Origin: an uncultured Alphaproteobacteria bacterium
Lineage (GTDB): Bacteria > Pseudomonadota > Alphaproteobacteria > HIMB59 > GCA-002718135
Assembly: GCA_902602515.1 (NCBI GenBank)
Contig: CACKRG010000006.1
Location: forward strand, 4,867-68,866
Length of the DNA stretch: 64,000 bases
Direction: 5' to 3'
The number at the start of each line of letters is the position of its first letter. The stretch's first letter is position 1. A program made the translations under genes and the position numbers. A model generated the notes under the pieces. The model was not told where the DNA came from. It saw only the letters and a program-made list of their open reading frames with translations, and ran no database searches. Of this stretch, positions 1 through 10,729 are shown piece after piece.

Positions 1-449
1 GTAGTTTTCATTGATGAAGGGTCAGATCCAGCTTCACTTTCAGTTAAACCAAAACAACCAATTTTTTTTCCATTTATTAATTCAGGTAAATATTTATCTT
101 TTTGATCCTTAGATCCAAATTCGCTTATAGGATGAATTACTAATGATGATTGAACAGAAATTGATGATCTATAGCTACTATCAATTTTTTCCAATTCATA
201 AGCGACAAGCCCATAAGCAAGGTTTGATGTCCCGGAACCTCCATGTGATCTTACTGTTTGACCTAAAACACCAAGGGATCCAAACATTTCATATAGACTA
301 GTATTGAATTGATTTTTTCTATTCATTTCAACAACACAAGGTTTTAGTTCTTTTTCACAGAAGTTTCTTACATTTTTTTGTATTCTTAATTCCTCCTCTG
401 ATAAATGAGACTGAATATAAAAAGGGTCAAACCAATTATTTTGTTTCAT
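1..449 (-). CDS. gcdH: Glutaryl-CoA dehydrogenase-like acyl-CoA dehydrogenase (5' part; runs off window start)
   Basis: Not in ORF track. Manual translation from ATG at 449: MKQNNWFDPFYIQSHLSEEE...ELEKIDSSYRSSISVQSSLVIHPI...IGCFGLTESEAGSDPSSMKT, typical GCDH motifs. Confidence 0.85.
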   Translation of the reverse strand, partial: MKQNNWFDPFYIQSHLSEEELRIQKNVRNFCEKELKPCVVEMNRKNQFNTSLYEMFGSLGVLGQTVRSHGGSGTSNLAYGLVAYELEKIDSSYRSSISVQSSLVIHPISEFGSKDQKDKYLPELINGKKIGCFGLTESEAGSDPSSMKT

Positions 450-499
450 ACAATATTAGGCAATATCATTTTTTTAATGTAAATAATCTAAAATTAATA

Positions 500-919
500 A
501 TGAAAAATAAAACAGTATATATTGCCTCAGACCATGCTGGATATAAGCTTAAAACGAAGCTTATTAAAATATTTCCTGAGATAACTGATCTAGGCACAAA
601 TTCTGATGAAAGTGTTGACTATCCTGATTTTGCACACAAATTAACTAGAGAAGTTCTTAAAAATAATGGAAATGTTGGTATTTTAATCTGTGGAACTGGA
701 GTGGGAATGAGTATTGCAGCAAATAGAAAAAAAGGAATTAGGGCTGGTCTTGTAAATAATGCTAAAATAGCAAGATTGATAAGGAAGCACAATGATGCTA
801 ATGTACTTGTTTTACCTGGTAGATTTATAAATATTAATGAGGCAAAAAATAGTGTTCAGGCTTTTCTTTCTTCAAAGTTTGAGTCAGGACGACATAAGAA
901 AAGGATTAATAAGATATGA
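500..919 (+). CDS. rpiB: Ribose-5-phosphate isomerase B
   Basis: SDHAG, DYPD, CGTGVG, HNDANVL and GRH motifs; precedes glyA. Confidence 0.95.
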   Translation: MKNKTVYIASDHAGYKLKTKLIKIFPEITDLGTNSDESVDYPDFAHKLTREVLKNNGNVGILICGTGVGMSIAANRKKGIRAGLVNNAKIARLIRKHNDANVLVLPGRFININEAKNSVQAFLSSKFESGRHKKRINKI

Positions 920-2205
920 TGTCAGATTTATTTAAAAAAGGAATTAAGGAAGCGGATCCTGAAGTTTATGGTACTTTAAGCCGTGAATTAGAGAGGCAAC
1001 AAAATCAAATAGAGCTAATTGCATCAGAAAATATTGCATCAAGATCAATTTTAAATGCTCAAGGTTCAGTAATGACAAACAAGTATGCTGAAGGCTATCC
1101 TGGTAAAAGGTATTATGGAGGTTGTGAATTTGTAGATCAGGCAGAGGAAATTGCTCTAGAGAGAGTAAAAAAACTATTTGATTGTCAATATGCTAATCTT
1201 CAACCACATAGTGGAGCTCAAGCAAACCAAGCTGTATTTCTTGCTCTGCTTAAGCCTCATGATACTATCTTAGGCATGTCTCTTGCTTCTGGAGGGCATT
1301 TAACCCATGGTGCGAAACCAAACCTTTCTGGTAAATGGTTTAATGCCATTCAGTATGGTGTTAAAAAAGAAGGCAATGATAAAGATTTAATTGATTACGA
1401 AGAAGTCGAGGCTTTGGCTTTAGAGCACAAACCTAAAATGATTATCGCAGGTGCCTCAGCTTATCCAAGAGTTATAGATTGGAAAAAATTTAGAGAAATT
1501 GCTGATAAGGTTGGCGCATACTTTTTAGTAGATATGGCTCATTATTCAGGATTAGTGGCTGGTAAGCAATATCCTAATCCAATTGAACATGCTCACATAG
1601 TAACATCAACAACACATAAGACATTAAGAGGTGCTAGAAGTGCGATGATTCTTACAAATCATGAAGATTTATATAAAAAAATTAATTCAGCTGTTTTTCC
1701 TGGATTGCAAGGAGGACCTCTAATGCACATTATAGCTGCTAGAGCTGTTTGTTTTGGTGAAGCTCTCAAACCAGAATTTGAAGAATACATTAAAAACGTA
1801 ATTGCTAGTGCTAAAGTAATGTCGCAGACACTAGTAGACAGAGGTTTTAGAATTGTTACCGGTGGAACAGACTCCCACATAGTTTGGTTAGATTTAACTC
1901 CAAAAGGTTTAACTGGAGATAAGGCAGAAAAAATTCTTGAAGAAGTTGGGCTTGCTTGTAATAAAAATGCAATTCCTTATGACCCTAATCCTCCAAAGGT
2001 AACAAGTGGGCTTAGATTTGGGACAGCAGCTGCTACTACCAGAGGATTTAACCAAGAGGACTTTAAACAAGTAGGAAACATGATTGCTGACATATTGGAT
2101 AGTTTATTACTTTCAGAAAATGAAAGACAAGAAGTATTTAATAAAACTAGAAATAAAGTAATTGAAATTTGTAGCAAATATCCAATTTATGATGAGGCTT
2201 TTTAG
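916..2205 (+). CDS. glyA: Serine hydroxymethyltransferase
   Basis: LIASEN, NKYAEGYPGKRYYGG, TTHKTLRG (PLP lysine). Confidence 0.98.
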   Translation: MMSDLFKKGIKEADPEVYGTLSRELERQQNQIELIASENIASRSILNAQGSVMTNKYAEGYPGKRYYGGCEFVDQAEEIALERVKKLFDCQYANLQPHSGAQANQAVFLALLKPHDTILGMSLASGGHLTHGAKPNLSGKWFNAIQYGVKKEGNDKDLIDYEEVEALALEHKPKMIIAGASAYPRVIDWKKFREIADKVGAYFLVDMAHYSGLVAGKQYPNPIEHAHIVTSTTHKTLRGARSAMILTNHEDLYKKINSAVFPGLQGGPLMHIIAARAVCFGEALKPEFEEYIKNVIASAKVMSQTLVDRGFRIVTGGTDSHIVWLDLTPKGLTGDKAEKILEEVGLACNKNAIPYDPNPPKVTSGLRFGTAAATTRGFNQEDFKQVGNMIADILDSLLLSENERQEVFNKTRNKVIEICSKYPIYDEAF

Positions 2206-2658
2206 ATGAGATGCCCCTTCTGTAGTAATGAAGATACACAAGTTAAAGATTCAAGACCTACAGAAGACAACACTTCTATAAGAAGAAGGAGAATTTGTGA
2301 CCAGTGTGGTTCAAGATTTACTACTTTTGAAAGAATTCAATTAAGAGATTTGGTTGTTGTTAAGAGTAAGGGTCAAAAAGAAAATTTTGATAGAGATAAA
2401 ATGTTCAGATCTTTATCTCTGGCACTAAGAAAAAGAAGTGTAGATAATGAAAAAATTGAAAAAATTGTTAATGCAATAGTAAGAAAGCTTGAAAACTCTG
2501 GTGAAACAGAAATAAAATCAAATTTAATTGGTCAATACATAATGGAAGCTCTGATGCATTTGGATCAAGTTGCATACGTTAGATTTGCTTCAGTATATAA
2601 AAATTTTAGAGAAGCAAAAGACTTTGAAGATTTCTTAGATAATTTAGAAGATAAATAG
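2206..2658 (+). CDS. nrdR: Transcriptional repressor NrdR
   Basis: MRCPFC...RRRRICxxC zinc ribbon, ATP cone, AYVRFASVY. Confidence 0.97.
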   Translation: MRCPFCSNEDTQVKDSRPTEDNTSIRRRRICDQCGSRFTTFERIQLRDLVVVKSKGQKENFDRDKMFRSLSLALRKRSVDNEKIEKIVNAIVRKLENSGETEIKSNLIGQYIMEALMHLDQVAYVRFASVYKNFREAKDFEDFLDNLEDK

Positions 2659-2664
2659 TTTTTT

Positions 2665-3747
2665 GTGTCGAAACTAAACTTAAAAATGATTAATTTGGCT
2701 CATAATATTGCAAAAAAAAAATATGGCCAAACTTTTCCTAATCCATCTGTTGGATGTGTTATATCAAAAAATTCCAAAATTATTTCGAAGGCAGTTACAA
2801 ATCATTCAGGTAGACCTCATGCTGAAGAAATTGCAATAGCTAAAGCTGGATCTAAAGCTAAAGGTGCAACCATGTACGTCACTCTTGAACCTTGCTTCCA
2901 TAGTTCAAAAAATGGATCTTGTGCGGATCAAATATTAAGATCAGGAATTAAAGAAATTTTTATTTCTGCAGCAGATCCAGATAAAAGAACTAATTATAAA
3001 AGCATTAATAAACTAAGAAAAAATAATATTATTGTTAATGTTGGTTTAGAGAAAAATAAAACCTATGATTTAAATAAATTTTTTTTTAAAAGTATTTCAA
3101 AGCAACAACCATTTACAAAAGTGAAACTTGCAATTTCAAATGATGAGAAAATTGCATGGCATAATTACAAAAGTAAATGGATTACAAATAAATATAGCAG
3201 AAATTATGGACATAAACTAAGATCTACTAGCCAAGCAATACTTACTACATCGAAAACAATTATAAAGGATAACCCAAAATTAACAGTTAGATTAAACAAA
3301 AATAATGAAAAACATATTCCAATTATAATTATTGATAAAGATTTAAGAGTGCCAATAAATTCAAAAATTCTTAAAGATATTTCAAAAAAAAGAATTATTA
3401 TATTTACTTCAAAAAAAAATAAAAAATCTGAAAGCTTAGTAAAGTTAGGATGTGAAATAATATTTCAAAATTTAAATAAATATAATAAAATAAATTTAAA
3501 AAATGTTTTTAATAAAATCTATTCATTAAATATAGCAGACATATTAGTTGAGGCAGGTGGAATTTTATTTACTGAATTAATAAAAAATAAATTAGTAGAT
3601 GAGATACATTTATTCAAATCAAATATTATAATTGGAAAAAATGGAAAGCCAGCAATTTTAGGAAAAAAATTTAAAAATTTGAGATTGACTATTAATGAAA
3701 AAAAGAATTTTAAAGAAGACAAATATTATAATTATAAGGTTGGGTAA
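2665..3747 (+). CDS. ribD: Riboflavin deaminase/reductase RibD
   Basis: PNPSVG, HAE, TLEPC..C deaminase motifs plus C-terminal reductase (LVEAGG); GTG start. Confidence 0.93.
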   Translation: MSKLNLKMINLAHNIAKKKYGQTFPNPSVGCVISKNSKIISKAVTNHSGRPHAEEIAIAKAGSKAKGATMYVTLEPCFHSSKNGSCADQILRSGIKEIFISAADPDKRTNYKSINKLRKNNIIVNVGLEKNKTYDLNKFFFKSISKQQPFTKVKLAISNDEKIAWHNYKSKWITNKYSRNYGHKLRSTSQAILTTSKTIIKDNPKLTVRLNKNNEKHIPIIIIDKDLRVPINSKILKDISKKRIIIFTSKKNKKSESLVKLGCEIIFQNLNKYNKINLKNVFNKIYSLNIADILVEAGGILFTELIKNKLVDEIHLFKSNIIIGKNGKPAILGKKFKNLRLTINEKKNFKEDKYYNYKVG

Positions 3748-4340
3748 TGTTTACAGGAATAATCCAGGCTATTGGTTCAATAAAATTAATTAATCAAGGA
3801 CTTTATGAAGTAAATACGAATCTTAATCTTAATGATTGCAAAGAAGGTTCCTCAATATCATGTAATGGAATATGTTTAACTGCAAGAGAAATAAAAAAAA
3901 ATAAGGATGAAACATTTTCATTCAAAGTAAATATTGGTGAAGAAACATTAACAAGAACTAATCTATATAATGTTATTACTTATAACTCGAAAATTAATTT
4001 GGAGAAATCTCTCAAAATTGGAGATGAAATTAGCGGTCATTTTGTTTATGGCCATGTTGATACAATAACTGATGTTAAAGATATAAAAAAACTAGATCAA
4101 AGTTGGGAATATTATTTTGAAAAAAATTTTAATCATAATAATAAATTTATTTTAGAAAAAGCATCTATTTCTATAAACGGAATATCTTTAACAATAGCAA
4201 ATGTAGATTCTAATTATTTTAAGATTTCTGTTATAGAACATACATATGAGAATACCAATCTTAAATATTTAAATGTAAATGATCAAGTAAATATTGAATT
4301 TGATTATTTAGCTAGATTTATTCTAAACAATGTTCAATAA
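3747..4340 (+). CDS. ribE: Riboflavin synthase alpha chain
   Basis: N-terminal MFTGII, NGICLT, GHFVYGHVD, NGISLT. Confidence 0.95.
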   Translation: MFTGIIQAIGSIKLINQGLYEVNTNLNLNDCKEGSSISCNGICLTAREIKKNKDETFSFKVNIGEETLTRTNLYNVITYNSKINLEKSLKIGDEISGHFVYGHVDTITDVKDIKKLDQSWEYYFEKNFNHNNKFILEKASISINGISLTIANVDSNYFKISVIEHTYENTNLKYLNVNDQVNIEFDYLARFILNNVQ

Positions 4341-4392
4341 ACATTAAAATGCTAAATAATAAATCAACATACCAGTATAAAAATATAAGAAA

Positions 4393-4427
4393 TAACAACA
4401 AACTTGAATTTCAAAAATTTGTTGTTA
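4393..4427. repeat. Inverted repeat TAACAACAAA-N15-TTTGTTGTTA in the ribE-ribH spacer
   Basis: Perfect 10-bp arms (4393-4402, 4418-4427) with an inner TTGAA-T-TTCAA dyad. Confidence 0.6.
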
Positions 4428-4518
4428 ATGCTGAAATTTAATTAGTTATATTGTTAATAAATGCTAATAATAATTTTTATATTTTATGAAACATATATTG
4501 AGATAGTTAAAAATAAAA

Positions 4519-4932
4519 ATGAACAATAAAATTCTAATAGTATCTTCAAATTATTATAACCAAGTATCAGATAATCTTGAACTTGGCGCAATAAGTACTT
4601 TAAATGAAAATGGATTCAAATATGATTTAGTTAATGCTCCTGGTTGTTTTGAAATTCCTTATTTGATTAGACAAAATATAAATAATTATCTCGGATTTAT
4701 TACTCTAGGGTGTATTATAAAAGGTGAAACGTACCACTTTGAAGTTATCGCTAATGAATCATCAAGAAAAATAATGGACTTATCAATAGAATATAATAAA
4801 CCAATTGGATTTGGAATATTAACTTGTTATAATATCGAACAAGCTATTGTAAGGAGTGACATTAAGCAAAAAAATACAGGTGGAGAAGCTGCATCAGCTT
4901 GTATTGAGTTGTTAAAACAAAATGCAAAATAA
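4519..4932 (+). CDS. ribH: 6,7-dimethyl-8-ribityllumazine synthase
   Basis: PGCFEIP, GCIIKGETYHF, FGILT; precedes nusB. Confidence 0.93.
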   Translation: MNNKILIVSSNYYNQVSDNLELGAISTLNENGFKYDLVNAPGCFEIPYLIRQNINNYLGFITLGCIIKGETYHFEVIANESSRKIMDLSIEYNKPIGFGILTCYNIEQAIVRSDIKQKNTGGEAASACIELLKQNAK

Positions 4933-5392
4933 GATCAAGTCAAAAACAAGACTTGCCTTTGTCCAATACATTTTTCAATCTGAATTTTTAAATACAGAAA
5001 AACATGAAAGTATTGAAGATTTTCAGCATCATTTTTATAATTCAAACATAGCAGTTATTAATGAAAAAGAAGAGTTTATACTAAAATTTAACAAAAATTT
5101 TTTGAAAAAATTATTTGATAATTATAAAAATAATATCGATAAAAAATCTTTAATTATTGATGTTAACAATTTTATAAATATTGAAAGAAAATTTGAAAAA
5201 TGGAATAGAACTTTAAAGGCTTTAACCTTCGCAATTCTTTCTGAATTAAATATTACTGATAAAAAAAAAATAAATATAGTATTTGATGATTATTTAAATA
5301 TTTCGAAGAGTTTAGTTTCATCTAAAGAAACAAAACTATTTAATGTCGTTGTCCAAAAATATATTGATAAATATGAAATTGCAAAAGAATAA
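4922..5392 (+). CDS. nusB: Transcription antitermination factor NusB (divergent)
   Basis: ribH-X-thiL position; RLAFVQYIFQ N-terminus and degenerate C-terminal helix. Confidence 0.7.
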   Translation: MQNKIKSKTRLAFVQYIFQSEFLNTEKHESIEDFQHHFYNSNIAVINEKEEFILKFNKNFLKKLFDNYKNNIDKKSLIIDVNNFINIERKFEKWNRTLKALTFAILSELNITDKKKINIVFDDYLNISKSLVSSKETKLFNVVVQKYIDKYEIAKE

Positions 5393-6350
5393 TTTTACAG
5401 AAAATTTTATAATTAAAAATTATTTTAAAAAACTAAACTTTGATAAAAAAGGTACATTTAATTTTAATAACGATGCTGCTTATCTAAATTTAAAAAATAA
5501 AAAATATAAATTCACAGTTACATCTGATACAATTTCAGAAAATATTGATTTTTTTAAAAATGATAATCCAAAATCAATTGCTCAAAAAATTACAACTGTA
5601 AATTTATCAGATTTATTTGCTATGGGTGCAAAGCCTCATTCATATTCACTAAATTTATGTTTACCATCTTATGTAAATTATAAATGGTTAAAGGATTTTT
5701 CTGAACATCTTAAAAAAATCCAAATTAAATTCAATTTTTATTTATTAGGTGGGGATTTGTCTAAATCAAATAATTTGATAATTTCATCAACTTTTTTTGG
5801 ATATATTGATAAAAAAATCGATGTTTTTCAGAATAAATTTAATATTAATGATGAAATATTTGTTTCTGGAAATATCGGTGAATCTAAAATAGGTTTAGAA
5901 ATTTTAAAAAAAAATATATTTGTAAATAATAAATTAAGTAAATATTTTATAAAAAAATATCTTTATCCGTCGCCTTGCAAACTTGGCTCAATGATTGCAA
6001 AACTATCTTCATCTATGAAAGATATTTCAGATGGTTTAATTGGAGATTTAAATAAAATGTTAAATGATAGGCTTGGGGCAATAATTTATTTAAACAAAAT
6101 TCCATTAAGCTTAAATACAAAAAAAATAATTCAAAATGGCAATATTAAATTAGAGCAACTCTTAAATGCAGGTGATGATTATTGTTTAATCATAATTTCT
6201 AATCAAAAAAATAGAAGCAAAATTGAAAAAATAGCCAGGCAAAATAGAATTAAAATTTCTTGCATTGGAAAAATCATTAGTAAGAAGGGGATTTATTTCG
6301 ATTCACAAATTAACATTAATAATATCAAGGAATATGATCATTTCTCCTAA
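5373..6350 (+). CDS. thiL: Thiamine-monophosphate kinase
   Basis: NDAA, VNLSDLFAMGA, LGGD, DISDGL, GDDY; ATG 5373 preferred over 5343. Confidence 0.92.
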   Translation: MKLQKNNFTENFIIKNYFKKLNFDKKGTFNFNNDAAYLNLKNKKYKFTVTSDTISENIDFFKNDNPKSIAQKITTVNLSDLFAMGAKPHSYSLNLCLPSYVNYKWLKDFSEHLKKIQIKFNFYLLGGDLSKSNNLIISSTFFGYIDKKIDVFQNKFNINDEIFVSGNIGESKIGLEILKKNIFVNNKLSKYFIKKYLYPSPCKLGSMIAKLSSSMKDISDGLIGDLNKMLNDRLGAIIYLNKIPLSLNTKKIIQNGNIKLEQLLNAGDDYCLIIISNQKNRSKIEKIARQNRIKISCIGKIISKKGIYFDSQININNIKEYDHFS

Positions 6351-6407
6351 AAACTTGATTTTTTCAATAGTTTCTGACATATCACCCAAAATTTTAAGGA
6401 GTTTTCA

Positions 6408-8513
6408 ATGACAACACTGCAGATATTAATTGTTTTATGCGGTCTAGCAGCCGTACTTTATGGTCTAGTAACATCTAGGCAAATTTTATCACTTGGTTCT
6501 GGAAATGATAAAATGCAAGAAATTGCGAGTGCTATTCAAGAAGGCGCTAGAGCTTATTTAAATCGTCAGTATATGACTATCGCTATTGTTGGTGTTGTTA
6601 TTTTTGCTCTAATTTGGATAGTTTTTGATTTAGCATCAGGTATTGGATTTTTAATTGGGGCATTTTTTTCTGGTGCTGCAGGTTATGTTGGTATGAATAT
6701 ATCTGTAAGATCTAATGTCAGAACAACTCATGCAGCTAGTAAAAGTCTTGCAGAAGGCTTATCGGTATCTTTTAAAGCTGGAGCAGTAACTGGTATGCTA
6801 GTTGCTGGATTTGCACTCCTTTCAATTGCAATTTTTTATTTTATTTTGCATAATTCTGGTTCTTTCCCAGGTAGAGAAATTGTAGCTCCTTTAGTTTCAC
6901 TAGGATTTGGAGCATCATTAATTTCAATTTTTGCAAGACTAGGTGGAGGTATTTTCACTAAAGGAGCTGATGTTGGCGCAGATTTAGTTGGTAAAGTAGA
7001 AGCAGGTATTCCAGAAGATGACCCAAGAAATCCTGCAGTGATCGCAGATAATGTTGGAGACAACGTTGGTGATTGTGCAGGAATGGCTGCAGATCTTTTT
7101 GAGACTTATGTCGTAACAGTTGTAGCAACAATGGTTTTAGCTTCTATATTTTTTATTGAAAATTCTTATACAATGATGATGTTTCCATTGGCCATTGCAG
7201 GCGTCTGTGCATTAACCAGTATAATTGGTACTTACTTTGTTAGGCTAGGTAAAAATAATAATATTATGGCTGCTCTTTATAGAGGTTTCGCTGTATCAGC
7301 TATTTTATCTGCTGTTTTATTATATTTTGTTACTGATTATATTGTTGGCTTAAATAATGTTTTAGTTGTTGAGGGAACATCTACTCAATTTACTGGAATG
7401 TCACTTTTTATTTGTGGTTTATTAGGATTAATAATTACAGGTTTAATAATATGGGTAACTGAATACTATACTGGAACTAACTATAGACCTGTACAAAGTA
7501 TTGCTCAATCATCAACGACTGGTCATGGAACTAACGTAATACAAGGTCTTGCAATTAGCTTAGAAGCTACAGCTTTACCAGCTTTGATTATTGTTGCAGG
7601 AATTATCTCAACATATTCACTTGCAGGTCTATTTGGTATAGCAATTGCTGTAACGACAATGCTAGCTCTAGCAGGCATGGTTGTTGCTTTAGATGCATAT
7701 GGACCTGTAACAGATAATGCAGGTGGTATTGCTGAAATGTCAAACCTTGATGAAAACGTTAGAAAAACAACTGATGCTCTTGATGCAGTCGGTAATACTA
7801 CTAAAGCAGTTACAAAAGGTTATGCAATTGGATCAGCAGGATTAGGTGCACTTGTTTTATTTGCAGCTTACACAGAAGATCTTGATCATTTTGCCAAAGA
7901 CTCAAGTAGTCCATTATACGGAATAGAAGTTTCTTTTGATTTATCAAACCCTTATGTAGTTGTTGGATTATTATTAGGGGGATTGTTACCTTTCTTATTT
8001 GGGGCTCTTAGTATGACGGCAGTTGGAAGAGCAGCAGGCTCTGTTGTTTTAGAAGTAAGAAGACAATTTAAAGAAATTCCAGGAATAATGGAAGGCAAAG
8101 GTAAGCCGGAATATGGTACATGCGTTGATATTCTAACTAAATCTGCAATTAAGGAAATGATAATACCATCGATGTTACCAGTATTGTCACCAATAGTTGT
8201 TTATTTTGTAATTCTATTTATTGCTGGACAATCAGCAGCTTTATCATGCTTAGGTGCATTATTGCTTGGTGTAATTATCACAGGTTTGTTTGTTGCAATA
8301 AGTATGACTGCTGGAGGTGGTGCTTGGGATAATGCAAAAAAGTATATTGAGGATGGAAATCATGGTGGAAAGGGTAGTGAAGCACACAAAGCTGCAGTTA
8401 CGGGAGATACAGTAGGAGATCCTTACAAGGACACAGCTGGTCCTGCAGTAAACCCTATGATTAAAATTACTAATATTGTTGCATTACTTTTATTGGCAGC
8501 AATATCAATTTAA
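6408..8513 (+). CDS. hppA: Membrane H+-translocating pyrophosphatase, K+-independent type
   Basis: [39 protein letters not shown]; GNTTKA (Lys marks K+-independent); strong SD TAAGGAG. Confidence 0.96.
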   Translation: MTTLQILIVLCGLAAVLYGLVTSRQILSLGSGNDKMQEIASAIQEGARAYLNRQYMTIAIVGVVIFALIWIVFDLASGIGFLIGAFFSGAAGYVGMNISVRSNVRTTHAASKSLAEGLSVSFKAGAVTGMLVAGFALLSIAIFYFILHNSGSFPGREIVAPLVSLGFGASLISIFARLGGGIFTKGADVGADLVGKVEAGIPEDDPRNPAVIADNVGDNVGDCAGMAADLFETYVVTVVATMVLASIFFIENSYTMMMFPLAIAGVCALTSIIGTYFVRLGKNNNIMAALYRGFAVSAILSAVLLYFVTDYIVGLNNVLVVEGTSTQFTGMSLFICGLLGLIITGLIIWVTEYYTGTNYRPVQSIAQSSTTGHGTNVIQGLAISLEATALPALIIVAGIISTYSLAGLFGIAIAVTTMLALAGMVVALDAYGPVTDNAGGIAEMSNLDENVRKTTDALDAVGNTTKAVTKGYAIGSAGLGALVLFAAYTEDLDHFAKDSSSPLYGIEVSFDLSNPYVVVGLLLGGLLPFLFGALSMTAVGRAAGSVVLEVRRQFKEIPGIMEGKGKPEYGTCVDILTKSAIKEMIIPSMLPVLSPIVVYFVILFIAGQSAALSCLGALLLGVIITGLFVAISMTAGGGAWDNAKKYIEDGNHGGKGSEAHKAAVTGDTVGDPYKDTAGPAVNPMIKITNIVALLLLAAISI

Positions 8514-8517
8514 ATAT

Positions 8518-8946
8518 TTATGGGGTAGTTGAGATCTCTTGCCTAGGTCCAACTCCCCCAAACATTTTTTCTAATAAACCTCTTTTAAGAATTGTACTTC
8601 CTGTTTCATCTTTAACAAGTTCTATATTTTTATTATTTTTTAAGTCATACACAGATGTATTAGCAATAGTTTCATTTTCATTAAATTCAAAAACAAAGAT
8701 ATAACTATAATCTGTATGTTTATTAAAAGCTGATTTTTGTGTATTTCTTTCTAGATAATAAAAAAACTTACCAGTTATTGGATCAATATAACTAGGATTT
8801 CCTAATTTATTTTGTAAATTATTCTTGTTTTTAAAGTCTAATTTTTGAATATTTTCTTCATTAAATATCTTACCAGAATAAGATATTTGATTTGAGCAAT
8901 TGTTAATTAATAATAATGATATAATTAATACAATAAATCTATACAC
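8518..8946 (-). CDS. bamE: Outer membrane assembly lipoprotein BamE-like
   Basis: Lipoprotein-like signal (..INNC), LGNPS motif, divergent from Cbp3-like gene as in other alphaproteobacteria. Confidence 0.7.
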   Translation of the reverse strand: MYRFIVLIISLLLINNCSNQISYSGKIFNEENIQKLDFKNKNNLQNKLGNPSYIDPITGKFFYYLERNTQKSAFNKHTDYSYIFVFEFNENETIANTSVYDLKNNKNIELVKDETGSTILKRGLLEKMFGGVGPRQEISTTP

Positions 8947-8949
8947 AAT

Positions 8950-9447
8950 ATGATATTACATTATTTTAAAAAAAAAGAAAAGAATGGTAAACATTCTGCA
9001 AATGAAATTTATAAAAAAATATTGATCGAAAGTAAACAACTTCTTATAGACAACTCTTTTTTTGAGCAGAAAAATTACAACACATCATTTGAAATTGTCT
9101 CGATATTTTTAATAATTAATATCAAACTAAATATTGAATTTAAAGTTGATAATTACCAATTAATTAATGAGGAATTAATAAATACTTTTGTAGAGGATTT
9201 GGATGAATCATTAAGATCAAAAGGAATTGGAGATATGTCTATAGGAAAATATGTAAAATCTTATGTTAAAAAATTTTATTTCAGATTGTCAAAATTTCCA
9301 AAAGAGTATAGCAAAATAGATAATAATTTTTTTTCTAATTATTTAGAAAATTTAAATTTCATACAAAAAGAAAAAATTCTAGTTGCTGCAAATACATTTT
9401 TTTATATATTTAGAGATTTAAAGGAAAGCTATGAAAAATATATGTAA
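8950..9447 (+). CDS. Ubiquinol-cytochrome c chaperone (Cbp3/UQCC1 family)
   Basis: DLDESLRSKGIGDMSIGKYVK matches the family's DxxLRExGxxDxxVGK motif. Confidence 0.8.
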   Translation: MILHYFKKKEKNGKHSANEIYKKILIESKQLLIDNSFFEQKNYNTSFEIVSIFLIINIKLNIEFKVDNYQLINEELINTFVEDLDESLRSKGIGDMSIGKYVKSYVKKFYFRLSKFPKEYSKIDNNFFSNYLENLNFIQKEKILVAANTFFYIFRDLKESYEKYM

Positions 9448-9517
9448 AATAAAATTTATTTTCAATTTTTTCCAAAAAAATCTTGCAAATAATTAAATAT
9501 CTAATAATGGGGGCAAT

Positions 9518-9709
9518 ATGGCTGTACCAAAAAGAAAAACTAGTAGTTCAAAAAAAAATATGAGAAGATCTCATCTTGGGTTAAAAGATATTAATATAAT
9601 TCTAGATAAAGAATCTGGTGAACCTAGATTGTCACATAAAATTGATAAGTCTACAGGAATGTACAAAGGCAGACAGATTTTAAAAATCAAATCAAAACAA
9701 TCAAATTAA
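9518..9709 (+). CDS. rpmF: 50S ribosomal protein L32 (Cys-less, zinc-free form)
   Basis: MAVPKRKTS...RRSH. Confidence 0.95.
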   Translation: MAVPKRKTSSSKKNMRRSHLGLKDINIILDKESGEPRLSHKIDKSTGMYKGRQILKIKSKQSN

Positions 9710-9715
9710 ACTCTG

Positions 9716-10729
9716 ATGTCTAATAGACAAATTTCTATTGCTATCGATGCAATGGGTGGAGAAAATAGTCCTTTAAAAGTTTTAAAAGGCGCTGAAATTT
9801 TTCAAAAAAAAAATAAAGAATCAGATTTATTTTTTTTTGGAAATGAAAATCAAATTAAATCATTGATAATTTCAGAAAATATAAATTTAAAAAAGTATAA
9901 AATTTTAAATACAAATGATGATGTTCTTGATGAAGATAATGTAAATACAATATTAAGATCAAGAAAAAATAGCAGTATTTATAAAGCATTAGAATTTGTA
10001 AAAGATCAACCTAATTGTGGTTTTGTTTCTGCAGGAAATACTGCTGCTATAATGATCTTATCGAGATTAATAATTGGAATGATTAATGGAATCGATAGAC
10101 CAGCTATATGTTCTCTTATTCCAAATCAAAAAAATTATTCAATAATGTTAGATTTAGGTGCAAATGTAACTGTAACTCCATCAAATCTTTTTCAGTTTGC
10201 AGTAATGGGTTATTGTTATTTTTCAACTATAAACAAAAAATCAAGACCAAGTATAGGCATATTAAATATAGGTACTGAAAATAACAAAGGTTTAGAATTT
10301 CTGCAAGAAGCTTCGGATTTAATTTCAAAAAGTTTTTTAGATAAATACTTTATTGGATTTATTGAACCAAATAAAATTACCTCTGGCGATTGTGATATTA
10401 TTATTTCAGATGGATATACAGGAAATATAATGTTGAAATCAGCAGAGGGAATATCAAATTTTATTACTGCAAATCTTAGAACAATGTTTAAAAAATCTAT
10501 TGTAAATAAATTAGCATATAAACTTATAGAAAAAGATTTAATTAAACTTAAAGATCAGGTAAATCCAGATATTTACAATGGAGCAACATTAATTGGACTA
10601 AATGGGATTTCAGTAAAAAGCCATGGTAGTGCAAGTTCATTAGCTTTCAGTTATGCTCTAAATCAATGTTATAATTTCATTTTAAATAACTTAAATTTAC
10701 AAATAAATAATACTATAAAAAATATATAA
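9716..10729 (+). CDS. plsX: Phosphate acyltransferase PlsX
   Basis: IAIDAMGGE, SAGNT, IDRPAI, LDLGAN, KSHG. Confidence 0.95.
   Translation: MSNRQISIAIDAMGGENSPLKVLKGAEIFQKKNKESDLFFFGNENQIKSLIISENINLKKYKILNTNDDVLDEDNVNTILRSRKNSSIYKALEFVKDQPNCGFVSAGNTAAIMILSRLIIGMINGIDRPAICSLIPNQKNYSIMLDLGANVTVTPSNLFQFAVMGYCYFSTINKKSRPSIGILNIGTENNKGLEFLQEASDLISKSFLDKYFIGFIEPNKITSGDCDIIISDGYTGNIMLKSAEGISNFITANLRTMFKKSIVNKLAYKLIEKDLIKLKDQVNPDIYNGATLIGLNGISVKSHGSASSLAFSYALNQCYNFILNNLNLQINNTIKNI

Noticed and set aside
4349-4441. 30-aa ORF in the ribE-ribH spacer
   Set aside because: No RBS, low-complexity AT-driven sequence, no resemblance to RibB.
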